A stretch of 64,000 bases of DNA. Origin: Chiloscyllium plagiosum. Lineage: Eukaryota. The stretch lies in contig NC_057718.1 in assembly GCF_004010195.1 (NCBI RefSeq), positions 49,112,021 to 49,176,020 of the forward strand, in the 5' to 3' direction. A program made the translations under genes and the position numbers. Position 1 is the stretch's first letter. Each line of letters opens with the position of its first letter. Under the pieces are notes generated by a model. That model did not search any database. It was not told the origin of the DNA and saw nothing but the letters and a program-made list of their open reading frames with translations. This document shows, piece by piece, positions 38,801-51,149 of the stretch.

Positions 38801-39688
38801 TGGCTGTTTGCGCAACGTTCCCCTGAGAATCCATCACCCCCTACATTTTCCAAAACAGCATACCTGTTTGTAATGTGTATATCCACAAAAGACTCCTACA
38901 CTAGCTGCCTAACTCTTTTACCTTTCCCCCTTCCTATAACTGCCATCCATCACATAGTGTTGCTGTTGCAAATTCTTCATTCCTTCTAACTGTCTCTCCA
39001 ACCGATCCATTTGATCTGTTTGTAACCAGCAGCATTTATGGCAGATATAATCCGCAGTAACCCTTAATCAAGAAGTACATATCACATTACTGAAGGCCAT
39101 TTTTGCTCCTTCACAATCTCAGACCCAAAAAATAATACCGTCTTATTCCTCTACAAACATTGCCCCAGGTTAAATTAATAGTTCTGATAAAATTTTAAGT
39201 TTAATCAAGAGACATATCTTCAAAAACATATAATCAAGAAAGAACCCACTCTACTCACTATTGCAGACTTTCTATAGGCCACACTTAAAACAACAATTAA
39301 CTTATCTGATTCTGTGCCGTGAATTTCGCCCAACAGTTCCTCCAAGATCAGTTGTGAATTTCACTGTTTGTTAATTTTCCCAGATGCACTCCGATGTCCA
39401 GCCATACATGAATTCAAACAGCAAAGGCCATGTCAGTTTCTTTCTTTCTCTCTCTCTCTCTCTCCTGCACTGACCTCACCATGTGCTTCCTTTGTCTGTT
39501 CTTCTCCCTTTTAAAACTGCTGTTGTTTTGACTTTTTTTTCCCAAAGTTCCAAAACAATGCAACAGCATATAAAACAGTCATTGCTGCTCCTGGTATTTG
39601 AGGAAATCACCTGCAGCACCTAAAATACCTCAAAAAAGGAGTAGCTGTTACAGCCAGAAATTTTTCCCGTCCTCCATCTTGGATTACC
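35875..39688 (-). mobile_element. HER1/CR1 LINE, apparently full length with 5' UTR, spans an assembly gap (37748-38465)
   Basis: Esterase ORF1 (MVCCFSGARIKDV...VHIGTN), RT (YMDFSKAFDKVPH, GVPQG), (gtcataga)n tail at 35874-35897. Confidence 0.95.
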
Positions 39689-39829
39689 CAGAATCCACAG
39701 TCTTGTGGTGTAGTGTAATAACATCTCTGAACAGTTAATTTAAAAATAGTTGTAGTTGCTTCACAAACAATTGAAAAATTCAGCACCACATATTATCTCC
39801 ATTGTAGCCTCAATCAAGCACCTTGCAAG

Positions 39830-40230
39830 GCAGCGAGAGCAGGCAGCCCAGGGTGGCCGGGGAGAAGGAACAGGCTGCAAGGCAACAAGAGTAGGTAGCC
39901 CAGGGCGGCCCGCAAACAGGAACAGGCTGGAAGGCAGCAGGAGCAGGCGACCCAGAGTGGGGTGTGGTCGATCCCTTGTGAGGAGTGTGAGCCCAGCATG
40001 GCTACGTACTTATGAACTGTTGTGTTGAACTGTTGACTGTGATTCTTTGTTTTTCTACTTTTTAGTAAGGAATGTAATGTTTAACCTTTTAACATTGCTT
40101 TCCTTATTTTTCTGCTTTGTACCTAAGATTCTGTGCCGAAGTACCTTTGTAGCTAAGGTGGTGCCATAGTGGTGACTTGTAAACTTTTCACTGTGCTCAT
40201 GTGAGTACATGTGACAATAAACTTAATCCA
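39830..40230 (+). mobile_element. SINE-like repeat with Rex1/Babar-like 3' tail
   Basis: GC-rich body ending cttttcactgtgctc...gtacatgtgacaataaa. Confidence 0.45.
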
Positions 40231-40635
40231 AAAATACAAATGGAAAGGCTGAGGCAGCAGGGAAAATTGTCGAAGGAATCACAAATAAATTGAGCAAAGT
40301 CTGCACAGATATGTATTCCAGCAATAAAGTTTCAACTTTGATCTCCAGCATCTGCAGACCTCACTTTCTCCTCAAACATGTATAAGACAATCCCTCAATA
40401 GAGAAACACACCTACTAAAGGCCTGGAAAGTAGTCCAGTTCAAGGACTAATGCACTAAAACTATTATTCCAATAGCAAAACATTCACTGAGGCCAGAAGC
40501 AGTAGCAGGCATGTGTGAAAAAGCAGAACACCAAATTTTGTTTTGACAAAACCGCTGAACTATTGCCAGAGTTGAGCGGTAGAGAGCTAGTCAAGTACAA
40601 ACCTTCAAATTATCAATCAAAGTCAGCCCATTTTG

Positions 40636-40955
40636 ATTAGATTAGATTAGATTACTTACAGTGTGGAAACAGGCCCTTCGGCCCAACAAGTCCACACCGA
40701 CCCGCCGAAGCGCAACCCACCCATACCCCTACATTTACCCCTTTAACCTAACACTACGGGCAATTTAGCATGGCCAATTCACCTGACCCGCACATCTTTG
40801 GACTGTGGGAGGAAACCGGAGCACCCGGAGGAAACCCACGCAGACACGGGGAGAATGTGCAAACTCCACACAGTCAGTCGCTTGAGGTGGGATTTGAACC
40901 CGGGTCTCTGGCGCTGTGAGGCAGCAGTGCTAACCACTGTGCCACCGTGCCGCCC
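40636..40955 (-). mobile_element. HE1 SINE, full length, young
   Basis: gggcggcacggtggcacagtggttagcac head; (gatta)n tail. Confidence 0.93.
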
Positions 40956-41070
40956 ACAAACATATCATGATAATTCCTTATCCTTATCCATGATGTTTCT
41001 TATACATATGCAAACATATGTATAAGAAACAACTTAAACATTATATATATATATTTATACACAATACATA

Positions 41071-41211
41071 TGCACAGTGGTTCAGTGGTTAGCACTGCTG
41101 CCTCACAGCACCAGGGACTGAGGTTTAATTCCAGCTTGGGCGACTGTCTGTGTGGAATTTGCACATTCTCCCTGTGTCTGTGTGGGTTTCTTCCCACAGT
41201 CCAAAGATGTG
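41071..41211 (+). mobile_element. HE1 SINE 5' half (part of a local duplication)
   Basis: Near identical to 41567-41707, including its upstream flank. Confidence 0.85.
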
Positions 41212-41566
41212 ACCTGGGACCTTTGCATAGCAGTTTTCCCTTCAATCACACAAAAGAGAAGTGAATAACTAGATATACCATCACAATTGCAGGCACATGC
41301 CTGACTGGAAAAATGTTCCTCAACTGCAGATAACTGATCAGGAAGATACAAGTTAATCATCTGTACAGTCCACAGACTAACTATCATACCTTGAGGTCCA
41401 CAGCATCCCACGTGCAGAGAAGAAACCACAGCAACAGAACATGATGCAGAAATGACATGCCCAGTGAAGGTACTTCACCCAGATGAGTAGCTAACAACAA
41501 CATGCAAACATATGTATAAGAAACAACTTAAACATTATATATATATATATATATACACAATACATA

Positions 41567-41850
41567 TGCACAGTGGTTCAGTGGTTAGCACTGCTGCCTC
41601 ACAGCACCAGGGACTGAGGTTTAATTCCAGCTTGGGTGACTGTCTGTGTGGAATTTGCACATTCTCCCTGTGTTTTTGTGGGTTTCTTCCCACAGTCCAA
41701 AGATGTGCAGGTCAGGTGAATTGGCCATGCTAAATTGCCCATTGTGCATTAGTCTGAGGGAAATGGGTCTGGTTGGGTTACTCTTTGGAGGGTCAGTGTG
41801 GACTTGTTGGGTTGAAGGGCCTGTTTCTACATTGCAGATAATGTAATCTA
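41567..41850 (+). mobile_element. HE1 SINE
   Basis: Head, V-domain and tail present. Confidence 0.92.
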
Positions 41851-42949
41851 AAAATATGCAGACTCTGATAAGAACAGCAGCATAGTGTATTGGGTAACAC
41901 AAAATGTACTCAATAATGCACACAATTGTTTTTCTAAGAAAGGGATGTTTGAATTGAAGTGTGATCATGAGCAATTGTCCTTTCTGGTCTGCTGTGGTCA
42001 TGTGATCTACACCATAATGCACACACTGTAGGCAGCCATCTTACTGAGATTTCAATAATGAATTCATTCTGACCAGCATGGAGACTTTTGTGCTCAGTAC
42101 ACCCTGAATGGAAGATTATATGGAATGGAAGTCAGAACTAAAAAAAGTCATATTTGCTGCTGTCCTTTTGGAATTATCATGATGTTTAGAGCTATGTAGT
42201 GCACTGTGAACAACTGGAATAATATTTCGTAGTTGCCTGCTGTCTGGCATATTTTTTAAATCCTTGGATGAAAGGATGGCAGTTGGAATGTCTCTTGACA
42301 GAGGCCAATGCTAGATGACCTACATTCTGCCGGAACATAATCACCATTGATAAAACACTTTCCAGGTGATGTCCCAAACAGGAAATTCTCAGCAATTATT
42401 TGACGTAAATGTGTGTCCAAATACCCAATGGCAAACAGTATGTCACTCAAAGGAGAACATGATTCTGTAGTTATTCTGCTGCAGTACTATCTGTAGAAGA
42501 CCTTGAAGTTTTGAGCTGCTTATCAATACTAGATCTTTAATGAGGCCACACAGACAGGACAGCAGGGATGTTGGCGGTGCACAGTTGCTGATTCATCCCT
42601 GGTTGCTACAGGTTGCTCATGTTGCATCTGCACCACAAATGGATGAGTGAAAAAGATTTTTAAAATGAAATAGTCAAAGTACAAAATAAAATTATTCCCA
42701 TAATAATAGGAATAATAAAAGGGGCACATATACCTAATCAATTTGATGTCTAAACAAAACATAATAGAAGAATATGATCTTCAGTAAAAAGGAAAATTGA
42801 AAGATTGAAATGTAAAGTGGAAAGATAAAAATGGGTTAGTAGAATAACCAAAAGGGGATATACAAAAAGGGGCTACCAGATAATAATAAAGTAACTGCTA
42901 AAGGCTTTTAAGTGCATAGAAAGTACGAGGATAGTTACGGGGAAAGTAA

Positions 42950-43035
42950 AAAATCAAAAGAACTGCGGATACAGGAAATCAGAAACAAAAACAGAAATTG
43001 CTGGAAAAACGGAGCAACTCAGTAAGGATGTATAA
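42950..43035 (-). mobile_element. PLE tail fragment (family B)
   Basis: gaaatcagaaacaaaaacagaaattgctggaaaaac. Confidence 0.6.
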
Positions 43036-43116
43036 AGGGAAACGAAATGTTGATGGAAGTAACAAAACTGGATTAGCTCCAAAAGATGAGCAGAACTCAG
43101 CTTGGATATGTCTTTG

Positions 43117-43200
43117 ATGAAGAGCTTTTGCTGAAATGTCAATTCTCCTGCTCTTCGGATGCTGCCTGACCTGCTGTGCTTTTCCAGCACACACTCTCGA
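43117..43200 (+). mobile_element. PLE tail insertion (family A), decayed hammerhead motif, 16-bp TSD
   Basis: cttggatatgtctttg (43101-43116) / cttggatttgtctttg (43201-43216). Confidence 0.8.
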
Positions 43201-45849
43201 CTTGGATTTGTCTTTGGGCCATAGTGGCAAACATCTACAGCTGTTAAATTAAGTCAGAAAGGAAATAACAGAGGTTCTGGCTGCAAACTTTCTGATGGAT
43301 GTAGTCTGGGAAACTGGAGAACAGTGTGTGTCCTTTTTTCAGAGAAAAACAACCTGGAAATCAGTTGTCACATGAATTATGGGTAAACTTTCAAAATCCA
43401 TAAATTCAGAAAAGATTTCTGACCAATTGGAATCTGTTATTTAATGACAACCAGTGTGAATTTGTTAAAGATTTGTTGTGCTTGACAACTTCAAAGATTT
43501 ACAAATAAGTGGCCAAACAGCCAGATAGCTAGACGACAGTATGTGTGGATTTTCACATGATATCTCAGGATCTAGCTTATCCTTATATGGCAAGAATGTG
43601 CTTTCTGGCCTTACTGAATAGCAGTCCTCATTCAGAATCAGGCAGATTAAGCTTTCTCTTCCACCATTGTTCAAGAACAGTAAAGCCAGTGTATCACTCA
43701 TTCTGTTATGCTGGTGAGCAGAGATCAACACATTCACCAGCCAATCAATTCAACCTGTGACCTTGATGGCCTCAAAGGCTTAATACCATACTAGGTGATA
43801 AATTTCCCAATGACTCATTCAGAAAGATGATATCTCTCAATTTCAATACTTTTCTGTATTCCTACCCACTCACTTTATGGGTAATGGGAAAAAATTTGCT
43901 GAGATGGTAAGTTCTTCAGACCACAGTTCAATTGTGCTCCATCTGATGTTATCAGGATTTCACTGGTAAATTTAAAATTGGAGCTGTTGGTAATCCAAGG
44001 CCAAGGGAATATCTTCCTTTAATCAGACATTTCCATGCTCATGGCCCTGATTCTCTGAGGGAAAACAGAATACAAATGCATAACTTTGGAGAAGTTCTAA
44101 TACACAGCCTACAAATTAAAGCTGTTCTATTATTAAACCACAGATTACAAGGTACTAATTTTTACTATTTCGGATAATACAATTTAAAAATATTTGCATA
44201 CCTTAATAGCAGTTCCTGCTCAAATGTATTTCATCTTGCCGTTTAAATTGCTGTACTCTTCCCATACAATAGCTTGTTCTCCACAGTGATTCTTTGAGAT
44301 TACTGAATGTTATGTTACAAAATCACGAATGAAAATAAAACAAGAAAAGGATGCAGGAATAATTGTCATTTACTGTGGATAATAATGTAAAAGGCATGTT
44401 TTTAAACTGGCTGCCTGTTATACCTCCTGCCTAATATTCCCATCCAATGCCTTGAAGGAGAATCAAATTGGTCATATGGACAGCCACTGCAATATTGATT
44501 TTACAATATTATATAAATTTAAAATGACCACTACATTTTTTTAAAATCATTCACAAATAAATGTGCAGAAGCAAAGATGGGGGACAGAATGGCCCAGGAA
44601 CTAATGGACACAAATGAATGCTTCCTACTGAAAAATATGAACGGCTGTGCATTGTCAGCTGCTCAGTGCACTGGGCTGTCTGTCAGCGAGTCTGCACACA
44701 ATTTAGGACAGTTTCAAAAATATGTTATGGCGCATGCCGAAATCTATACAACGGACAGTCTTTCAGGGCTATGCTGTAGGACAGCTGATCCATCCAAGAA
44801 TTGGGAGCTCTGTTTGTGGATGTCAATCATTTGCTCAGTGAGAACTCTGATAAAGTGTGTAACTTGACACACAATAGTCTGGATGGAACTAACGCAGAGA
44901 ATAGATGTTTGACTACTGTCAGGAAATGAGCCTCAGGTCTGTAGATCATAATTTCTTCCATTACACATCAAATGTATAATTAGTCAATGTAGACCATTTC
45001 TGAGAATGCATAGTTTGGTTCTGTAGGAATATGTGGGTGCACCTGAAAGATTCTTGCAAATCTATTGAAATTAAGAGAAGTAACTTCTTGCTTTACTGCC
45101 TCCAAAGTGAAAAAATTTCAATGTGTTTGTGATAGCAAAGAGTATGTTTGTCACCTGCTTGTTTCAGGTTGCACGGTGTATTAACTTATATTGCTATCTT
45201 ACCTGTTGTTGACGTAATGACCTTACGGCTGTAAAATTTCGAGCAACAGTTATATCTAGTTATATCTAGAGCAACATAAAATAAATTTGTGACTTGTTGA
45301 TACTGGTACAGAAGACATACAAAGCTCTAATAGCCTTCATGTGTTAAGGTTAGAGGCACTGTACATAGTGCTCTATTGAGGAAAGGTCTGATGTTTTGAT
45401 CTAATACACTTATTTGAAGTAAGGCCTCATTTGTCATAAAATTTGTTTCTGTTGACAAAAGTAATTCAAACCCTTGTAACTGAATGCCAACAACTTTTAC
45501 TAAAAAGAGACAGTATACAAGAAACAGTAAGTGAGGACCTCTGTGGAACTCTAGACACTCCCACAGATCTGATGTCATTATGATGTAATTATTCAAGTGT
45601 CCATGTTAACCCTTTTCTCCACATCACCCCTCAAGTCTTTATGCCCAATTATTATTTATTCTATTTACACATCTTTCTACTCCTCTCCTGAAGCAACCTC
45701 ACCCATCCATCCATCTATCCACCCATCCACACACACACACAATAAGTGGTGGGGATTGTGAAGGCTTTGATTTCTAAAACAAATTTGCATCTCCTTTCTT
45801 TGGCTAGTTGATGCATATACTTTGAAGACTGTGAGCAGTAGCTTGGTGA

Positions 45850-46190
45850 TACTCTTACTTATATTTTCATATCATGTCGTACTGCATCAACCACAATTAA
45901 AATCTCTCGATTCTGGGTGGGGCATCCATGACCTCCTTTATGTTCAGTAAGGTTACTAATGCCTTATGCTCAGTTTCATCCTTAACCAATAGGCCTAAGA
46001 TGCAGTCAGAACACTTTTTGCACACCCAAGATGCCGCAAACACTTCTGCCTCACAAGCGTCATATTGTTGTTCTATATCACTGAGAGCTATTGAGACATA
46101 ATAGATCAGCCATCTGATCCCATCATACTGAGAATGGGATGAGACTGCTTCTAGACCAGTGGATGGTACATCTGCTACACTTAGCATATC
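45850..46190 (-). mobile_element. Ty3/Gypsy pol remnant (RNase H)
   Basis: ADVPSTGLEAV...YYVSIALSDIEQQY...EAEVFAASWVCKKCSDCILG...ETEHKALV...PPRIERF resembles DASxxGLGAV...EKExLA...ETDHKPL...PPRIQRF. Confidence 0.85.
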
Positions 46191-46299
46191 TTTAATTTAA
46201 GCAAATAATTGTGGTTGTTTCTCAATCCAACATCACACCTGATCTTGCTAACCAACCCCACTAAACTAACCAAAACCCACAATGCCATGTGTAACTAAC

Positions 46300-47950
46300 C
46301 CTAACCCAATCCTACTTTCATGTTCGATTCCTCTCATCATAAAGGTAAGCGCCCCATTAGCCTTCCTGTTGAAAACTGATGCAAAGTATCTATTCAGATC
46401 CTCGTTCTTTTTGTTCCCAATTGCTACTTCCCCAGTCTCATTTTCCAACAGTCAACTTTTGCCAGTCTCTTACCTTTTATATATCTAAAAAACTTTTTCA
46501 ATCTTCTTTTATATTACTAGCTACCTTACCCTCATACTTCATCTTCTCCACGCTTACTGCCTTTCAGTTATCATCTGCTGGTTTTAAAGTCTTCCCAATC
46601 CTCTAGGTTCCCACTAATCATCATCACATTGTGTGCTTTTTTTAATGCTGTCCTTAATTTTCCTGGTCAGCCATGGTTGCCTCATTCTCCCTTTAGTATG
46701 TTTCTTCTTCCTTGGGATGAATTTCTGCCTTATCTTCTAAATTACCCCTAAAATCCCCTGCCATTGTCGGTGCACCATCTTCCCTGCTAGGCCCCCTTTC
46801 TAATCAAGCTGGCTAGCTCCTCCCTCATGTCTTTGTAATTACCCTTACTCAATTTTTAAATCTGATTCCAGCTTCTCCCTTTCAAACTGCAAGACGAATT
46901 CTATCATATAATGGTCACTGCCGTTGAGGGATTCCTTTATCTTAAGCTTCCCAATCAAGTCTGGTCCCAGCATGATACAAGTCGAGCCCAGCCCATCGGA
47001 ACAATCTCTCCTTCTCCAGAACTGGTGCCAATGTCCAAATGATTAAAAGTTGAAGAGTGAGGTGTTGGAAAAACACAGCCGGTCAGGCAGCATCCGAGGA
47101 GCTGGAGAATCGATATTTTGAGTATAAGGAATGAGGCTCCAAATAATTCAAGCCCATTTCTCCTGAATCAATCTTACAGCCACAAGTTTACCCCTTTAAT
47201 CTTGTTAACCCTGTACCAATTATCTCATGGCTCAGGTTCACATCCAAAGATTATTACCTTTATGGTTCTGCTTTTTAATTTAGTCCTTAGCTGCTCACAT
47301 TTCCTCAGCAGAACCTCTTTCCTCGTTCTGCCTGTATTGTGGGTATCTACCTGGACTATGACAATTAATTCTTTCCCTAGCCATTCCAAGTTCTTCTGCA
47401 GTCCAGGTGTGGGCTGAACCTGGGTACCAGAAAGACAACACAACCTTTGGGACTCTCGATCTTGGCCATAAAGAACAGTGTCTATTCCCCAACTTTACTA
47501 CTCCTGATTACAACTACATTTCTCTTATTTTCCCCTTTTCTGGAATTGCTCCCTGTACCACAGTGCTTTGGTCAGTTTGCTCACCGTCCCTATAGCTCCT
47601 TCTCTCATCCACATAGGGAGCAAGAATTTCAAACCTGTTAGACAAGCTGAAAGTCTGAGGCTCCTTTAGCACTACCTGCTAGATCACTCTACCTGTCTCG
47701 CTCATAGTCACACCCTCCTGTCCCAGCCCACTGATCAAATTTGAGGTAGTTAATCTAAGGGAGGTGACACCTCCTGAAATGCAGTGTCCAGTTAACTCTG
47801 CCCCTCCCTGATGTGTTGCAGTGTTCAAAGAGCATCATCTCTGAGTCTGAGTTCCTCAAGCAAGCAATACTTGCTCCAGATGTGGCCATTATGAACCACA
47901 ATGGGGTCCACCAGCACCCACGTCATACAGGTACAACACATTGCCTGGCC
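46300..47950 (-). mobile_element. Old CR1 LINE, internally deleted (ORF1 esterase + part of ORF2)
   Basis: CCLSGT...VQVDTHNTGRTRKEVL...LKSRTIKVII; NRYFASVF. Confidence 0.8.
47045..47137 (-). mobile_element. PLE tail insertion (family A) with 11-bp TSD
   Basis: tccaaatgatt (47034-47044) / tccaaataatt (47138-47148). Confidence 0.75.
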
Positions 47951-48339
47951 CTGCATCTCTATTTTATTTACATAGTTCTTTAAATTGATTTTTAAAAGAA
48001 TCCTACTTGGCCTTCAGATTGCAATATTTAAATATTTCCCCTGTTTACCTTCAGACTGAAAGTAACCTTTAATAAGATAGTGAAATTAGTAGCTTTCATG
48101 AAACAATGAAATAATGGTTTTCCAGTAATGTCACACTGTTGTGCGGGGGGCCCCCACCCCCAATCTTGCCCTGGACTTCAATTTATCCTGTTTTTCAAAA
48201 AAAACTTGACAAACTATGGCCTATAAAAACGCAAGGAAAAAAAATCTTCCCTCTGCAACGAATTCCCACGCTGCCTCCAAATTCCTCAAATTCACGCAGT
48301 CTGTATCTCAATCCAGATGTGATCACTCCTTCCCACTAT

Positions 48340-48700
48340 GCGCAACTTACTGCTTGAGGAATTCCAGCGATGATATCATGGGACTGACATGATGAACCTC
48401 CAACAACTACAACCATCTTCCTTTGTGTTATGTATGTCTCCAACCAGTGCAGAGCTTTCGCCTGACTCCCACTGGCTCCGGTTTTGTTCAGCCTCCTTGA
48501 GTGTTCACTTTGTCAAAGGCTGCATTGAGCCACTTTCACATCACTTCTGAAGTTCAGCTCTCTTGTTTGGACAAAGGCTATAACGAGGTCAGGAGATGAG
48601 CAGCACCCTTGAAAAATACACTGAGCACCAGGGAGCTGGTTATTATTGAGAAAATGCTGCTTGATTGCACTTTTAACAATCTCTTCCATCACTTGAGTTG
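48340..48700 (-). mobile_element. Older CR1/L2-group LINE RT fragment
   Basis: MEEIVKSAIKQHFLNNNQLPGAQ...PDLVIAFVQT; homologous to 57250-57600. Confidence 0.65.
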
Positions 48701-49487
48701 GAGTTTCTCTTTTGTTGGTTAGGAGCTTAAGGTGAGACAGATACCAGCCTGGAGAGATTTGTAACTTACAGGTAAAGTCACTTATTTCCATTTCCACGCA
48801 CCTTTCAACAGTTGCAAGGTCAAAGGCCCTTGAGCTGGTTATTTGACAGTCTTCCTGTCTAGATATGTGCTTGCTGTTTCTATACAAAATGGAAAGGAAC
48901 TTTCCAGTATTTGAATGAAATTACATTTATTGAAACTTAAAGCATTTACCCAAAGTGTTATTGAATAGGAATGTATTATGGTTTGCAAACCCTCCTCTTC
49001 TTTCTTCTTTAACTCTGAAGATTGCACATTACATGGTCAAACAAATCAATATTAAAAAGTTGAATGTTGGATGCAGAGATAATTAAGGAACAAACAGCAT
49101 CAGATATTCAAAACCTGTTCACAGTATTGTGGTATTTCTGTTACTGTTGACTGAAAACAGTAGCATTGAAAAGTGTGTACACAAGTTTAATGTATACTGA
49201 TAGTGGATATATACACAGGCTCAAAAAAAAGTTTCAGTGATCTCACAGAACTGCTATTGGAACTATTAGATTTCAGTGTTGTAACTCAGTCACACCCAGT
49301 TTCTGTTATGTCATTATTGTGAAGTCTGACAATTTCACACCGGAAGCTAATTTACCTGAGCCAAAGCATGCTAAACAATAAAGCAACTACATGTTTTACA
49401 AATTCTCTTGTAAAAATAAAAATTAGCTGAGTATAACATTAAGAGAATTGAATTAAAAGTAAATGTTTTAAAAGATGGACTTCACTC

Positions 49488-50312
49488 AATCTAGTCTACT
49501 GTATTCACTGCTCACAATGTGGTCACCTCTACACTGAAAAGACAAAGCACAGACTGGGCAACCACTTTTCAGAACGCCTACGTTCTCTCTGCAAAAAAGA
49601 CGCTGAGCTTCCTGTTGTCTGCCTTTTAACACACCACCGTGTTCCCTGGCCAACATTTCTGCATCAGCCTTGCAGCAGTGCTCCAATGAAGCTCAGAGCA
49701 AGCTGGAAGAACAACATCTTATTGTCTGCTTGAGGACACAGAAGTCTTCAGAATTCAATATCAAATTCAACAATTTTAGAGCCTGAGCACCTTTTCCCAT
49801 GTCCTTTCCCCAACCCCCACACACCACATCTTATCATCATATGGGCTGTTACACATAACCCATTCACTAATGGCCCCCATTAGCAGCTATTGTTTCTCCT
49901 AAACTCAATTCCTTTGTCTGTCCAACTGTGTTCTCTCTCTTTCTGGATTCCATTTCTACCTATTGTTTACTCCTCTCCTCCCCGCAACGCACCTTCAACA
50001 TATACAGAGGAACTTCGATTATCCTGCATTCGATTATCCGAATATCAGATTATCCGGCAAGATCGCAAGTACCCAATGCTTGGATAAACTATGTTATCTG
50101 GCATTGGATTATCCGGAATTTGTTTAAATGAACAAAATACTCCCCGCCCATGTCCTTCGGTTAATCAAGGTTCCTCTGTATACCAACCTTTTCCCAGCTA
50201 CAATCAGTTCCAAAGAAGGGTCACTAGACGCAAAATGTTAACTATGCTCTCTCTCCGCAGATGCTGCCAGATCAGCTGATTTTTTTTCCAGCAATTTCTT
50301 AATTTGTTTCTG
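49488..50312 (+). mobile_element. Penelope-like element 3' part: GIY-YIG endonuclease pseudogene + terminal region (family B) with decayed hammerhead motif
   Basis: NLVYCIHCSQCGHLYTEKTKHRLGNHFSERL...(frameshift)FNTPPCS...KLEEQHLI...FNIKFNNFRA*; agtt-CcaAAGA-a-gggtc-acta-gacgc-aAAA-t-gtt-aact at 50206-50243. Confidence 0.88.
50005..50178. mobile_element. pogo/Tigger-like MITE nested in the PLE
   Basis: TIRs cagaggaacttcgattatcc / ggttaatcaaggttcctctg (17/20 match); TA at 50003-50004 and 50179-50180. Confidence 0.85.
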
Positions 50313-50694
50313 AATCTCCCCTTATTAGATAATTTTCCAGCTGTGTCTGACTACTGGGGAGTTACATGTTTTAAAATATATGCCATTTTTGAAATGTTTT
50401 GAGTTATTTTTTCTTGTCAGTGATTGTGTGACTGAACAGTGGACTTCAGCCCAAGCTGACCTTTTATACAATAGTAGAGTCTCATAAGCACTTCTTGGTT
50501 TTACTTTACAGTTGCCTGCAGTCAATGGTAATTATACAAAACAATGTAAGCTTTTAGGCTTTTAATGATAAGGCATTTGAAGACATTTCCATAATGGGAA
50601 TGAAATAAAGAGAGAAGCTATTGTACCTTTTATTTCCTGTTTTCTCATGACAGTGATTTTAATCAATAGTTAGCCAGCAAAAAACATAAGTAAA

Positions 50695-50825
50695 ATTGAA
50701 GTAAAATGCTGTGGATGCTGAAAATCTGAAAAAAAACCCCCAAAGATGTTGAAAACACTTAGATGCTCTGTACAGAGACTGAAACAGAGTTAAGACTTGG
50801 GTTCAATGACCTTTCATTAGAATTG
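50695..50825 (-). mobile_element. PLE tail fragment (family B), decayed
   Basis: cagagttaagacttgggttcaatgacctttcattagaatt is the reverse of a degenerate hammerhead motif. Confidence 0.6.
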
Positions 50826-51149
50826 AGACAAAGTTGGAGATATTGTTGATTATAAACAAGCCAGAAGAGAAGTGGGTAAGAGGAACTGTTCCCAAATTAG
50901 TAAAACTGAGCATGTTTCTCCTAAATTAAAAAACTAAGATAGAAGTGATGGGAGATACTAAGGAGATTCTGAATCACCTGCAACCAAAATAAAAGAATGA
51001 TTTTATGAGCACCAGTATCTATTTTTTACAGACATAAATCAAATATTGTTGATGCTGGAAATGCAAAGTCTATTCTCAATTTATTTGATCTGCTCTGATT
51101 ACTGCTGCAGGTGATTTGGGCAAAATCAATTCTAGATCTCCACAGGCAG

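Larger units (their letters stand above)
40237..41300 (+). mobile_element. Ty3/Gypsy integrase C-terminal remnant, interrupted by a PLE tail (~40317-40372) and a compound HE1 insertion (40636-41211)
   Basis: NGKAEAA..., *RNTPTKGLESSPVQGLM, FDKTAELLPEL, and after the interruption QSHKREVNN*IYHHNCRH (resembles RSYxV...YRRNRRH). Confidence 0.7.
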
